Below are positions 28,681 through 39,166 of a stretch of 64,000 nt of DNA, in pieces (positions within the stretch are counted from its first letter, which is position 1; every line of letters starts with the position of its first letter). The translations under genes and the position numbers were made by a program. Source of the DNA: an uncultured delta proteobacterium (lineage in GTDB: Bacteria > Desulfobacterota > RBG-13-43-22); contig CAWBOS010000010.1 of the NCBI GenBank assembly GCA_963790475.1, positions 704,001 to 768,000 of the forward strand, read 5' to 3'. The notes beneath the pieces were generated by a model, which was given only the letters and a program-made list of their open reading frames with translations, was not told the origin of the DNA and ran no database searches.

Positions 28681-28708
28681 AGAATAAAAAAAAGTTAAAA
28701 AATGTCAA
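28681..28708 (-). promoter_or_regulatory. sigma70 promoter for riboswitch/pilin cassette B
   Basis: TTGACA-N16-TATTCT ending just upstream of riboswitch P1. Confidence 0.65.
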
Positions 28709-29055
28709 GAAAAAAATATACTTAAAATAAATTGGATGACCAATCTAAAATTCAGGTAACTAGAAAAAATAAGAGATCATCATTAAATATATACGCAAAA
28801 ATAATGCCATTAAAGAATTTGGAGGCTTTCTGATTAATTTCTTTAGTTTTCAAGTAGATAACTGGTTTTGTCCTCTGGATAATAATGAAGGAAAAGCCTG
28901 TTTCGCCAAATTCTTGCTGCTTTCGTACAAAAAACGGCACCTTTTATTAATTTGTGGCAAAAGGACTTATTTGGAAGTTCTTTAATTGAAGGCCGGTTTT
29001 GACCTGAACGCTTCGAACTTTGTTTTCCATTCTGGGTTCTGAACTCTTTCGATGA

Positions 29056-29201
29056 TCAAATTTTACCCTGGACTCGGATTCGACCGGAATCCGTTTTCAA
29101 GACGCGAAAGCCGCGGGTGAGAAGTTTTTTGAGCTCCTCCCGGTCCCTCTCAAACACTGTCCACATGGGATTCAATCGATAATCCAGTCCTCTTTGTTCA
29201 A
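29056..29201 (-). CDS. small hypothetical protein (reading frame interrupted)
   Basis: GAGG RBS then TTG at 29201 (MNKEDWIID), TGA at codon 10; the C-terminal DREELKKLLTRGFRVLK lies in another frame. Confidence 0.35.
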
Positions 29202-29218
29202 CTCTGATATCCTCTTTT

Positions 29219-30808
29219 TTATTTTTTCTTGAATAGATCGGCCATGGTGCCGAATTTGACGGTTTCTTTGACTCGATCGCGGTATTCATTTAAGTCGGCC
29301 TGATCTTGGGTATCCAAAACCGACTTCTGGGAAAGGGAAATTTTGCCCTGATCATCTATCTTAATAATTTCAACCAAAATTTCATCCCCATCCTTATACC
29401 CCTTTTTCGGTTGACTTGTTTCCGAATAAGCCATCTGGCTTTTATGGAGCAGACCTCTTTGATGTGATCCCAGTTCGGGAAGATCGACAAAAAAACCATA
29501 AGGTTTTATTGAACGGACAACCCCTTTAAGCACCAATCCCACTTGCGGGAGACTGGGGTTTGGGATTTCCGGCCGGGAAGGGCCGGAGCTATATCCAGGT
29601 TCATCAGCAGGGTTTTCATTATCCAAGCTCGAAGATAATACTGGGGAGTCGGTTTTGACCCGTCTACGAATTACATCACCTAAGCGAATTGTTTCCTGTC
29701 CGGAAGAATTCGGCTCCGAATAGAATAAAGAAGGGACTTCTTTAATGGAAAGAGAAATCCTCCGGATTTCTTTATTGATTTCCAGGATTTTTACCTCAGC
29801 TTCCTGACCTTCTTTCAGTATTTCCTTGGGATGGTGGATGCGTTTATTGGATATTTCCGATATATGGACCAACCCTTCTACTCCGGGGGCGACTTCAATA
29901 AAGGCCCCGAATTGGGCAAGGTTGCGAACCTTTCCCAGAACAATATCACCTTCGTTAAAATCAAACCCTGTGTCCCAGGGATCGGGTTCCAGGGCCTTGA
30001 TGGACAGACTGATGCGTTCCTGTTCTTTTTCGTCAGTTTTCACTTGAAGAATTTGTACGTTAACTTCCTGACCTACAGCAAGGTGATCTGCCGGATCTGA
30101 AACCTGACTGCGGGAGATTTCCGAAATATGGACCAGACCCTCTAATCCACCCAGGTCAACAAAGGCCCCGAAGGGAGTCAGGCGGGTCACCCGCCCCGGG
30201 AACACTTCTCCGACAACCAGACGTTTACGGGTATCAATGGCCAGGGCCTCTTTTTCCGCCTGTAGCACCGCCCGGCGGGAAAGGACGATATTTTTCCCCT
30301 CCTCTTCAAATTGAGTGACTTTGAATTTTTGGGTTGTTCCGATAAAACCTTCCGGTCGGTCCAGATAGGCCAGGTCCATTTGGGAAAAAGGGCAAAAGGC
30401 TTTGGTCCCCGAAACAGCGATTTCCAGACCACCCTTGTTGGTCCCCGTAACCATACCTTCGATAGCTATCCCTGATTCAAAAGCCTTTCTAAGCAACTCT
30501 ACCCCAGCACCCCCGGAGACTTTGCGCAAACAATTTCCTAACTGGGCCCCTGACTGTCCATAGCCGATAAAACCCAGTTCCACCTCCATCCCCGGTTTTA
30601 CATTAACCACACCTTGATCATCCACGAATTCCTGGATATCGGCCCAGCCTTCTGATTTGGCCCCATAGTCGATAAAGACCGTATCATTGGTAATCAGGAC
30701 CACCTTTCCCTTTACGGGTTCCCCGGGCATAAGAGGACCATCAACGGCCGATCGAGCACTGGCCTCGAAAAGTTCCGCAAAATCCATATCCATATCATCT
30801 TGAACCAT
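29219..30808 (-). CDS. ribosomal protein S1-like protein (probable rpsA paralog, five S1 domains)
   Basis: repeated FGAFVDLGGLEGLVHISEIS S1 motifs; Pro/Ser linker before the last domain; C-terminal FGTMADLF. Confidence 0.85.
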   Translation of the reverse strand: MVQDDMDMDFAELFEASARSAVDGPLMPGEPVKGKVVLITNDTVFIDYGAKSEGWADIQEFVDDQGVVNVKPGMEVELGFIGYGQSGAQLGNCLRKVSGGAGVELLRKAFESGIAIEGMVTGTNKGGLEIAVSGTKAFCPFSQMDLAYLDRPEGFIGTTQKFKVTQFEEEGKNIVLSRRAVLQAEKEALAIDTRKRLVVGEVFPGRVTRLTPFGAFVDLGGLEGLVHISEISRSQVSDPADHLAVGQEVNVQILQVKTDEKEQERISLSIKALEPDPWDTGFDFNEGDIVLGKVRNLAQFGAFIEVAPGVEGLVHISEISNKRIHHPKEILKEGQEAEVKILEINKEIRRISLSIKEVPSLFYSEPNSSGQETIRLGDVIRRRVKTDSPVLSSSLDNENPADEPGYSSGPSRPEIPNPSLPQVGLVLKGVVRSIKPYGFFVDLPELGSHQRGLLHKSQMAYSETSQPKKGYKDGDEILVEIIKIDDQGKISLSQKSVLDTQDQADLNEYRDRVKETVKFGTMADLFKKK

Positions 30809-30833
30809 TGTTTTTCCCTTCGAACTGTTAAAT

Positions 30834-31022
30834 TTAGGTCGACTTTAAATTAAGTCGGCTTCCATCCGCCAAAGCCCCATCGAGCCCGATTTCGTTCCCC
30901 CATTCATCAAAGACTTTGGCTCCTTTCTTGATTTCCGGAAGAAGATCGATCTGGATCAAGGCCTGACGGACGGTCATGCCGGAAATAAGGTCGATGGGTT
31001 GATCATTCAGCCAAATACGCAT
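30834..31022 (-). CDS. small ThiS/MoaD-like (beta-grasp) protein lacking C-terminal GG
   Basis: MRIWLNDQPIDLISGMTVRQAL pattern. Confidence 0.55.
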   Translation of the reverse strand: MRIWLNDQPIDLISGMTVRQALIQIDLLPEIKKGAKVFDEWGNEIGLDGALADGSRLNLKST

Positions 31023-31025
31023 AAA

Positions 31026-32561
31026 TTATTTTCCCTTTTGGATCCGGCCTTCTACGAAGGCGGAAACCTTCTTCTTTTCTTTAATGTAGTTGGTTACCAT
31101 ATCCCGGATCTCTTTGCCGGAATCGAATAAAACTACCCGGCCCTTCCCGAGAGGAACCCCTTCTGATTTTCCTATGATTTTTTTCAATATATCATATCCG
31201 TCACCCCCGGCGGCCAGGAAATCATTAGTGGCTAGAGAATACCAGCCCTGCGGATTCAACTTTCTTTCTCCAACCATGAATGAGGTGATCCTTTGACCAT
31301 TAAGGGCGTTAGGGGTATAAGTCAAACGGATGCCGGAAACCTGAGGGAATCGCCCGCCTGTCCCGCTCAGGTCTGACAATCCGTATTCAAAAATTTCCTG
31401 AAGCTCACCTCCATTGACTTTAAGAACAACCGGATGATTGGAAAAGGGAAGGACAGAAAGGAGATCCTTCATGCGGATCGGACCTTTTAAAATATCCGCC
31501 CGAAGACCGCCTCCATTGATCAAGGCCACATCCGCTCCGGTTTCCTGTCTTAAAATATCAGCTACTAAATTGCCCAGGGTGGTCTCCTGCGATCTTGACC
31601 CTTTCTCTGGCAAGTCCACCTGAGCCTCCCCAATCACTTCATCAAGGATAGCGGCCGTTTGCTTTTGATAGCGATCTACGATTTCAGCCACGGCCGGGTC
31701 GGGGCTTAGCTTGTCCGGCCTTATAGTTTCCAGTTTGCCTTCATATTGGATCACTTTTCGATCTTGAATCGTGAGATCCAGGACCCCTAAAACCTTTGCG
31801 TGTTCCCAGGCTTGAACGATCAGGGTTTCATTGACCTTCATCGGGGATTCGATCCGGGTATGGGTGTGTCCGCCGACGATGACTTGAATCCCCATTACCG
31901 ATTCGGCCAGACGACGGTCAGCCGGAAGACCCAAATGAGAAAGTACGATGACCAGATCAGCCCGGTTATTTAATTCTTGAAGGACTTTTTTAATCGAATC
32001 GATCATAGGGGAAAAAACCAGGCCTTCCACATTTTTAGGGTGGGTGGCCGTTGGGGTATCTTCGGTTATGAGTCCGATAATGGCTATGGTGAGACCCGAG
32101 ATTTCTTTGAGCACATAGGGCTTGATCGTCGACATTCCTTGAATATTGGCAGCCAGGACAGGGAATCGGGCTTCCTGGATCCGTTTATTAAGGGCCTCCT
32201 GCCCGAAATCAAATTCGTGATTTCCGAGGACCATGGCCGAGAAATCCAGGGCATTCATGACCTCGATAGCCGATTTGCCCTCAAAAAGATTGGCCCAGGG
32301 ATTGCCTTGAATCATGTCACCGGCGGCCAACAACAGGGTAGGGCGTTCTTTTCGAAGCCGACGCACTTCTCCGGCCAGGTTGGCGATTCCTCCTATCTTT
32401 TCAGGACTTCCCGCAGGTTGATAGGGCTCGGCAAAGCCGTGAAAATCGTTTAGATAGAGAATTCGAATTTGAACCGGTTCCCCGGCCCAGAGGCCGCTGG
32501 CAGAAATAAATAAGAACAGGAGACATACTATTAATGGAGATCGATTACGGGCCATAGGCAA
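31026..32561 (-). CDS. periplasmic 5'-nucleotidase / UDP-sugar hydrolase family
   Basis: signal peptide; NDFHG, AGDM, LGNHEFD, GGHTH, NGGGLR. Confidence 0.92.
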   Translation of the reverse strand: MPMARNRSPLIVCLLFLFISASGLWAGEPVQIRILYLNDFHGFAEPYQPAGSPEKIGGIANLAGEVRRLRKERPTLLLAAGDMIQGNPWANLFEGKSAIEVMNALDFSAMVLGNHEFDFGQEALNKRIQEARFPVLAANIQGMSTIKPYVLKEISGLTIAIIGLITEDTPTATHPKNVEGLVFSPMIDSIKKVLQELNNRADLVIVLSHLGLPADRRLAESVMGIQVIVGGHTHTRIESPMKVNETLIVQAWEHAKVLGVLDLTIQDRKVIQYEGKLETIRPDKLSPDPAVAEIVDRYQKQTAAILDEVIGEAQVDLPEKGSRSQETTLGNLVADILRQETGADVALINGGGLRADILKGPIRMKDLLSVLPFSNHPVVLKVNGGELQEIFEYGLSDLSGTGGRFPQVSGIRLTYTPNALNGQRITSFMVGERKLNPQGWYSLATNDFLAAGGDGYDILKKIIGKSEGVPLGKGRVVLFDSGKEIRDMVTNYIKEKKKVSAFVEGRIQKGK

Positions 32562-32734
32562 TCTTCTTGGGCGGGGTCACCGGTAAATAATATATATTTT
32601 TTTTTAAGCTCTTTAGGTTTCCGCGCCTCAGCAGGAAGCCAATTATTTCTAAAGACTAACCTGTTACAAAATTTAAAATACCTTTATAACCGATTCCATT
32701 AAAGAAGGCCAGAATCGTTCCGCAGAAGGGTTGA

Positions 32735-33289
32735 TTATCTGTTCCCGGCGGGCCTCACCTTTGCTTGAAATTGTTTTACGGCTTCGGGAATCGTTCTCCG
32801 GACAAAAGCCCGTTTTTCCATTTCATTCAATAGAGCAAAGTCAGGATAATTAGGATGATTCGGGGTCGGGTTGGGGGGATCGGTCAGGGCCGGTAAACTC
32901 CCTTGTTTAAAATCCCTAATTAATCCGATAATGGGTTTGTGCCCCAAGGGGATCTCATTAACCCATCCTAAGCGGCGCATACATTCAAATCGAACCTGGT
33001 CGATAAGAATAAAATAGACATCCAAAAATGGGATAATTTTCTCTGAGGGCAAGGATTCGAAGTCATATCCACTTCCCCATCCCAGGGCTCCCATCAGAAG
33101 ATCATGGAAAATCTGCCGCCCGCCTTCATCATCTTCAGCTAAAAACAGAATCAAGTCATCCGGGAGATCACCCCAACAAGTATTTTCGTCCAGGATTGGC
33201 AGGGATTTAAAGAGGCGCTGCCATTCTCGGAAGCCCCGCTTAGCCGCTTTTTGGTTTTTGATGGATTCAAGGGAAACTACTTTAGCCAT
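32735..33289 (-). CDS. hypothetical protein
   Basis: 184-aa ORF; no family recognised. Confidence 0.65.
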   Translation of the reverse strand: MAKVVSLESIKNQKAAKRGFREWQRLFKSLPILDENTCWGDLPDDLILFLAEDDEGGRQIFHDLLMGALGWGSGYDFESLPSEKIIPFLDVYFILIDQVRFECMRRLGWVNEIPLGHKPIIGLIRDFKQGSLPALTDPPNPTPNHPNYPDFALLNEMEKRAFVRRTIPEAVKQFQAKVRPAGNR

Positions 33290-33487
33290 TTATTTTGAAA
33301 GGACTTCGCCATCCTACGGTACAGGGCATCGAAAAAGATTTAAAGAAGACGTTTGGAAACTAAATCCCTGGTCCCTCAGACTCTTTAATCCCAATTAAAG
33401 AAATCACTATAACCGAATTGCCGAAAAATACAATTCAGAAAATAATTTGACACTTGAAAAGAAATCTGTTATAAAATTCTACACCTT

Positions 33488-34360
33488 ATGAGCACTAACC
33501 CCGAAGACCACCCTTCAAGATTGATTGATCATGTTCGCTCTCTTTTCAGAAAGAAGCCGGATGCCCTACCGGAGTCTGTTTTAGAAAGAGACTTTCAGGA
33601 ACTGATCGACCAAGGGGAAGAACAGGGACTTCTAACCCCTGAACAAGGGGACATGATTCAGAGCATCTTTGAATTTAAGGATACCGTGGTCAGGGAGGTG
33701 ATGGTTCCCCGAACCGAGATGCTGGCGGTCAGTTCGGATGTGACTATTCAGACCATTATCGATTTAACACTCGAACACGGCCATTCCCGTCTCCCAATTT
33801 TCCAGGAAAACTCGGACAATATTGTTGGAATGCTCCATGTCAAAGATCTGTTACCCTATTGGCATCTACCCCCGGATCAACCCATACCGCCAGGGATCAT
33901 CCGCCAAGCCACCTTCGTCCCGGAGACGAAAAAGATCGTCCATCTTTTCCGTGAATTGAAATTGGAAAAGATCCATATGGCCATCGTCCTCGATGAATAC
34001 GGTGGAACTTCGGGGATGGTGACCATGGAAGATATTATCGAAGAGATTATCGGCGATATTGAAGATGAATACGACCGCCAGGAACCACGGCTGAAACCCC
34101 TGGAAGATGGTCGAGTCGAAGTGGACGCCCGCCTGGAGATTGAAGAATTCGAGCGTTTTTTTGAACTGAAAATGGAGGAAAAAAATTTTGAAACAGTCGG
34201 CGGCTTGATTATTCATCTCTTGGAAAGGGTGCCCGATGTAGGTGAAAAGATTAATTTCCAGAACTTGGAAATGACCATTCTGGAAGCCGACAACCGCCGG
34301 ATCCGCCGTCTTGTGGTGGAAAGGAAAGAAAACAACCCTGGTGACAACGGTAAATTTTGA
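33488..34360 (+). CDS. corC: CBS-pair/CorC-HlyC Mg/Co efflux-associated protein
   Basis: VREVMVPR, HSRLP, VLDEYGGTSGMVTMEDIIEEIIGDI. Confidence 0.9.
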   Translation: MSTNPEDHPSRLIDHVRSLFRKKPDALPESVLERDFQELIDQGEEQGLLTPEQGDMIQSIFEFKDTVVREVMVPRTEMLAVSSDVTIQTIIDLTLEHGHSRLPIFQENSDNIVGMLHVKDLLPYWHLPPDQPIPPGIIRQATFVPETKKIVHLFRELKLEKIHMAIVLDEYGGTSGMVTMEDIIEEIIGDIEDEYDRQEPRLKPLEDGRVEVDARLEIEEFERFFELKMEEKNFETVGGLIIHLLERVPDVGEKINFQNLEMTILEADNRRIRRLVVERKENNPGDNGKF

Positions 34361-35306
34361 CTTTCAGACCCGGAGTATTTCTTTATCCTGGATTGACTGG
34401 GCCGATGCGACTTATCGCCTCACCTACAACCGGCCTCTTGGGAACTTGATTCAATCCATTGAGACCATTGGCCTGCAACAGTTGCCTGTTCTTCAGGAAA
34501 AAGAAAAAAATCATTTTTGCATTGTGGCTGGATATAGACGTCTTCGAGCCCTTCAGAAGATAACCCGGGACCCGGTTTCCTGTAAAATCGCTTCATCGGA
34601 AGCGGAAAGAAAGGATCTCCTCCTTTTTAATTTTTATGAAGATATCGACCGGGGCTTCAATGCGGTTGAAGAGTCTTTGGTTGTAAAAAAATTGTCGGCC
34701 TTCCTGGAAGAAAAAGACCTGATCCGGAACTATCTGCCTTTGCTGAATTTGCCTCCACGAAAAGAAACCATTGAGCGTTGCTTAAAGATTAATGAAATAA
34801 GCCCTGTTTATCTGCCGGCCCTGGTTCAGGGGCGATTATTTCCGGAAACGGTTGAAACAGTGATTAAGGATTTTTCCCCCGTTGCCCATCTTATTTTTGC
34901 CTTGTTTATTTTCCTTCATTGGGGCTTTCAGAAACAAAAAGAGTTTTTGTCGGATTTGAAAGAGATATGCATCCGGCGTATTGAAGAACCCGAAAATTTT
35001 CTTTCAGCTGCGCCGATAATGGATACGTTGCACCGTTTCCAGTGGACGCCTCAGCAAAAAGGAGAAGCCGTCCGGAAATATTTCCGGACCTGTCTCTTTC
35101 CTATTCTGACCGAAACAGAAAAACGTTTTGAAGATATGATTTCATCGTTAAATCTAAACCAAAGAACTCGGATTTATCCTCCTCCCTTTTTTGAAGGAGG
35201 ACGATATGGTCTGGATATCCGGTTTTCGAGCCCAAAAGATTTGAAGGCCTCTTTGGAAAAAATCCAACGGGTCCTGGACGACGGGAAGCTGGATGAACTG
35301 CCTTGA
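34341..35306 (+). CDS. ParB/Srx N-terminal domain protein
   Basis: LIQSIETIGLQQLP ... IVAGYRRLRA ParB-box motif; start approximate. Confidence 0.75.
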   Translation: MTTVNFDFQTRSISLSWIDWADATYRLTYNRPLGNLIQSIETIGLQQLPVLQEKEKNHFCIVAGYRRLRALQKITRDPVSCKIASSEAERKDLLLFNFYEDIDRGFNAVEESLVVKKLSAFLEEKDLIRNYLPLLNLPPRKETIERCLKINEISPVYLPALVQGRLFPETVETVIKDFSPVAHLIFALFIFLHWGFQKQKEFLSDLKEICIRRIEEPENFLSAAPIMDTLHRFQWTPQQKGEAVRKYFRTCLFPILTETEKRFEDMISSLNLNQRTRIYPPPFFEGGRYGLDIRFSSPKDLKASLEKIQRVLDDGKLDELP

Positions 35307-35446
35307 TTTTTGATACGAAACTAGTTTTCAGTATTCACCATCCAACGTTTGTCAGTTTGAATTTTCAGAATCCTGTCAGTTTCATGAAATGGGGCCACAA
35401 AATTTAGACGACCTGAGTAGTCTACCTGACATTTAAAAAACTAGAG

Positions 35447-36568
35447 TTGTATGTGATGCCTTTTAAAAAAATTCTGATTGAAAAAGGAGCCGAATCAGCC
35501 CCCTTAACTCAAAGAGTTTTAAGGGTCCTTCCTGACGTTCCGCGGGAATGGTTGGAAGAAGAGGCTGTTTTCCAACAAACAGAAACCATTCCCGAATCCA
35601 AGAAAACCCTCTTTTTGACCCGTTTTAAAGGGGAATTGATCAAGCCTTGTCCGGGGACCAAAGATTATATCTGTTGCGGGTATCGTATCTTGCATATCGG
35701 ATCTAACTGCCCGGTGGATTGCAGTTATTGCATCCTCCAGGCCTATTTTAACCAACCCTTTATCCGGCTTTTTGTCAATACGGAAGAAATCCTTCATGAA
35801 CTGAAATTATTTGTCGACAAACATCCAGAAGAAATTATCCGTTTGGGAACCGGCGAATTCACCGACAGCTTAGCCTTGGATCATTTGACTGGATTCAGCG
35901 ATATTCTGTTACAGGAATTATCTTCCTATCCCCAAGTGCTGGTTGAGTTAAAAACCAAGACTTCCGGGATCCACCATCTTCTTGAAGCCGCTCCATTGAA
36001 AAACATTATTGTTTCCTGGTCTCTTAATGCAATGGAGATTATAAGGAAGGAAGAACGGGGGTCCGCCTCTTTGGCCGAACGTTTGGAAGCCGCCGTAGTT
36101 TGTCAGGAAAAAGGATATAATCTTGGATTTCATTTCGACCCCATCTTCTTTTTCAACGGATGGGAGGAGGCTTATCAACAAACGGTCCGCGACCTTTTTT
36201 CCAAAATCCGTCCGGAGAAAATCGCCTGGATCAGTATGGGCTGTTTTCGATACCTGCCGGGATTAAAATCGATTATTCAACAACGCAATCCGAAAGCCGG
36301 ATATATCTATCAGGAATTTATTCCAGCCCTGGACAAAAAAATGCGCTATCCGCAATCTAAACGGGTAGAAATCTATAAAAAATTGTTGAGTTGGATTAAG
36401 GACTACGGGAAGGAAGTCCCGGTTTATCTTTGTATGGAAAATTCCTCGGTTTGGGAAAAAGTTTTCGGTTTTATTCCGGGGATTGAGGTCCCCACCCTCA
36501 AGGAAATGTTGGACCAGCGGGTGAAAGAAATATGGGGTAGGGGATCAATAGGACCAAGGAAATTATAA
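35447..36568 (+). CDS. spore photoproduct lyase-like radical SAM protein
   Basis: NCPVDCSYC CxxxCxxC; GEFTDSLA, ELKTK, VSWSLN, GFHFDP. Confidence 0.85.
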   Translation: MYVMPFKKILIEKGAESAPLTQRVLRVLPDVPREWLEEEAVFQQTETIPESKKTLFLTRFKGELIKPCPGTKDYICCGYRILHIGSNCPVDCSYCILQAYFNQPFIRLFVNTEEILHELKLFVDKHPEEIIRLGTGEFTDSLALDHLTGFSDILLQELSSYPQVLVELKTKTSGIHHLLEAAPLKNIIVSWSLNAMEIIRKEERGSASLAERLEAAVVCQEKGYNLGFHFDPIFFFNGWEEAYQQTVRDLFSKIRPEKIAWISMGCFRYLPGLKSIIQQRNPKAGYIYQEFIPALDKKMRYPQSKRVEIYKKLLSWIKDYGKEVPVYLCMENSSVWEKVFGFIPGIEVPTLKEMLDQRVKEIWGRGSIGPRKL

Positions 36569-36710
36569 ATGAGCCTCAGGTGGCGGGGTTCAGAGTTCGG
36601 AGAATTGGTTTATATCCATATTCCGAACTCCAAACCCAACCGTATCGATTATCCACTTTTTGACCTTGAAAAAGTCAATCGGTCGGCGTCAGCTCTTCCG
36701 GAGCGGATCC

Positions 36711-37601
36711 TTATTTCTTAGGTTTTCCCGTCATTGTGGGATTAATTTCCACCCCGGCGTTTTTTAATGCTTTTTCAATAAATTCACCGACGGCGGCCTT
36801 TCTCATTTCCTGAAGGGCCTGATCTTTTACTTTGTCCTTGATTTTCTCATATGGCTCGAGAACGGCATCCTTCTTTTCCTCCATTTTGATAATATGATAG
36901 CCATATTCGGTCTCTACCAAACCGCTGGTCTCCCCCGGTTTCAAAGAAAATGCCACCTCTTCAAAGGCGGGAATCATGGTTCCCCTGGGGAAAAAATCCA
37001 GGTCTCCTCCTTTATCTTTGGTCCCCGAATCATCGGATACCTCCGCGGCCAATTTAGAAAAATCCTCCCCTCCTTTAACCCTCTTAAGCACCTCTTCGGC
37101 TTTTGCCTTGGCCTTATTCTTTTCCTCCTCGGGGGCTGAGGCCGACGTTTTAATAAGAATATGTTTAACCCGGATCATTTCCGGGGTTTTAAAGACATCG
37201 GGATGATCCTTGTAGTAGGAACGGGCCTTGTCGTCATTGATGGTTATTTTTTCAACCACCTCTTTCTGCAGATACATCGTGGCCAAAAAATTATTGATCA
37301 TCATTTCCTGCTGGTTCCTGATTTCAGCTTTTTTGTCAAAGCCTTTTTTCTTGGCCAGCTGGGAGATGACCGTACTCCGAACAATCTGCATGAGAATGTT
37401 TTCTTTGATCTGGGGATTTTTTTCAATCATTTTCTGCTGTTCCGGCTCATAATAACTGATGACTCTATTTAGGTCGGCCGTGGTAATCGTCTTGTTTCCG
37501 ATTTTAGCCAATATTCCCTTATCTTGAGCCTGGATACCCGGGGATATCGAAATAATTGCCAGAAGCATAACCGCCAAAATCTTCAAAAATCTTAACCTCA
37601 T
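36711..37601 (-). CDS. PpiC/PrsA-type peptidyl-prolyl isomerase
   Basis: signal peptide; [30 protein letters not shown]. Confidence 0.9.
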   Translation of the reverse strand: MRLRFLKILAVMLLAIISISPGIQAQDKGILAKIGNKTITTADLNRVISYYEPEQQKMIEKNPQIKENILMQIVRSTVISQLAKKKGFDKKAEIRNQQEMMINNFLATMYLQKEVVEKITINDDKARSYYKDHPDVFKTPEMIRVKHILIKTSASAPEEEKNKAKAKAEEVLKRVKGGEDFSKLAAEVSDDSGTKDKGGDLDFFPRGTMIPAFEEVAFSLKPGETSGLVETEYGYHIIKMEEKKDAVLEPYEKIKDKVKDQALQEMRKAAVGEFIEKALKNAGVEINPTMTGKPKK

Positions 37602-37642
37602 TTTTTTCTCCTTTTCTTAATTAGAGATGGTAATGAAATGAT

Positions 37643-37719
<77 letters not shown>

Positions 37720-38068
37720 GTTGTCTTTTCCCAAAAGGGTGACCATGAATTGTTGTTAAGGTTTATTAATACTAAAATAAGATGAAGTCAAAGAAAAATA
37801 TTATAGCCTGGTTTTCATTAAACGGAAAGCAGATATAAAACCCCGCAAAAATATTGATGTCCTAATTTCTTATTGACTTTTGAAAATCGGGCGATTATAA
37901 AAATCCAATCAAAGGTTCTTGGAGTCAACCACAGGGACCCTTTTTGTTTAAAGATTTTCGGATTTTTTGATTTCCACCAGCTGATGCTGCAGCATAATGC
38001 AGCATTGGATCTCGCATTTCATTTTCAAATATTTTCTGCTTCTTCCATAAAGAGAGAAACTGGAATGT

Positions 38069-38377
38069 ATGACAGGTCTCAAGGATCTCATCTTAATCTA
38101 TATAGACAATCAACCCGTTTTTTTTGCCCGTATTGAAAAGATAATCCCGGATAGCAAACCCGGTTGGGTGCGTATGAATTTTTTGATCCTTCAGGTCCCG
38201 GTTTCGTTGGGGGAATGGATCCTTCTGCCGGAATATGTTCAGGGTGAAGAATTTACGATGGGAGGGAAAAAAGTTCACATCGAAAAAGTTGAGGCTCCCA
38301 GGGAAGAGCCGGAACCCCTTCCCCCCAAATCAGATGGCAAAGTTGTTTCTATTTCAGATCGAAGGCGCAAAAGGTAA
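38069..38377 (+). CDS. hypothetical protein
   Basis: 102-aa ORF with plausible composition. Confidence 0.65.
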   Translation: MTGLKDLILIYIDNQPVFFARIEKIIPDSKPGWVRMNFLILQVPVSLGEWILLPEYVQGEEFTMGGKKVHIEKVEAPREEPEPLPPKSDGKVVSISDRRRKR

Positions 38378-38410
38378 AGAGTCAAAAGAACCTTTCAAGG
38401 AAAATATCTC

Positions 38411-39166
38411 ATGGAAAATGTGCAGGAACTGTCCCGGACCTTTCGTCGAATCCTTCAGCTTAAAAGCGGCCCGGTAGCCATCAGAATTATCAAGACCCAT
38501 GAAGAAATACCGGTTTTGTTGAAAAAACCGGAAATCCCGATCCCCAGCTTTTGTTTCGGGGTAATGGAGGCTTTTAAGGGAAAAAGTATTTTTTTGGGAC
38601 GTTCCGATGTCCAATGTCTCATGGGTTTAACCGCCCTGGGGTTTAGGAAAGAAACTTCTAAATCGGGAAAACATAAACAGGGGGTTCAAATCGGAGTGTT
38701 CGGAAATGAAGAAGCCTCCCATAATTATTTTTCCAAGGGAATCTTCCTGCCTGCCGGCCAAACACAAGGGGTGGCCATGAGCCCTTTGGAAAAGGCGGTC
38801 ATGGGAGTCGATATCGTTCTGTTCAAGGTCAACTCCGAACAGGCCATGTGGTTATTTGCCGCCAATCAATATCTGACCGGCGAACGAAATGATTTTTGCG
38901 TTGGGACTGGATTCCAGGGGGTTTGCGGGGATGTCATTGTTTATCCCCTACTCCATAAAAAAGTGAATATGACCGTAAACGGGGTGGGGGATCGAATATC
39001 GGCCTCTATGGGAAAAAACGAATTATTTGTGGGGATTCCGGCCCTTTTGGTCAAAAAAATTGCCTCCAATCTAATTGAAATTTGTCAAAAACCGATTTAT
39101 AAGGCCATTCATTCGCCAAAAGGCGCTCAAAAGACCTCTTCCCTGCGTCCCGGATTTCGGCATTAA
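38411..39166 (+). CDS. DUF169 family protein
   Basis: LKSGPVAIRI, FC, QCLMG, VCGD Cys pattern typical of DUF169. Confidence 0.7.
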   Translation: MENVQELSRTFRRILQLKSGPVAIRIIKTHEEIPVLLKKPEIPIPSFCFGVMEAFKGKSIFLGRSDVQCLMGLTALGFRKETSKSGKHKQGVQIGVFGNEEASHNYFSKGIFLPAGQTQGVAMSPLEKAVMGVDIVLFKVNSEQAMWLFAANQYLTGERNDFCVGTGFQGVCGDVIVYPLLHKKVNMTVNGVGDRISASMGKNELFVGIPALLVKKIASNLIEICQKPIYKAIHSPKGAQKTSSLRPGFRH

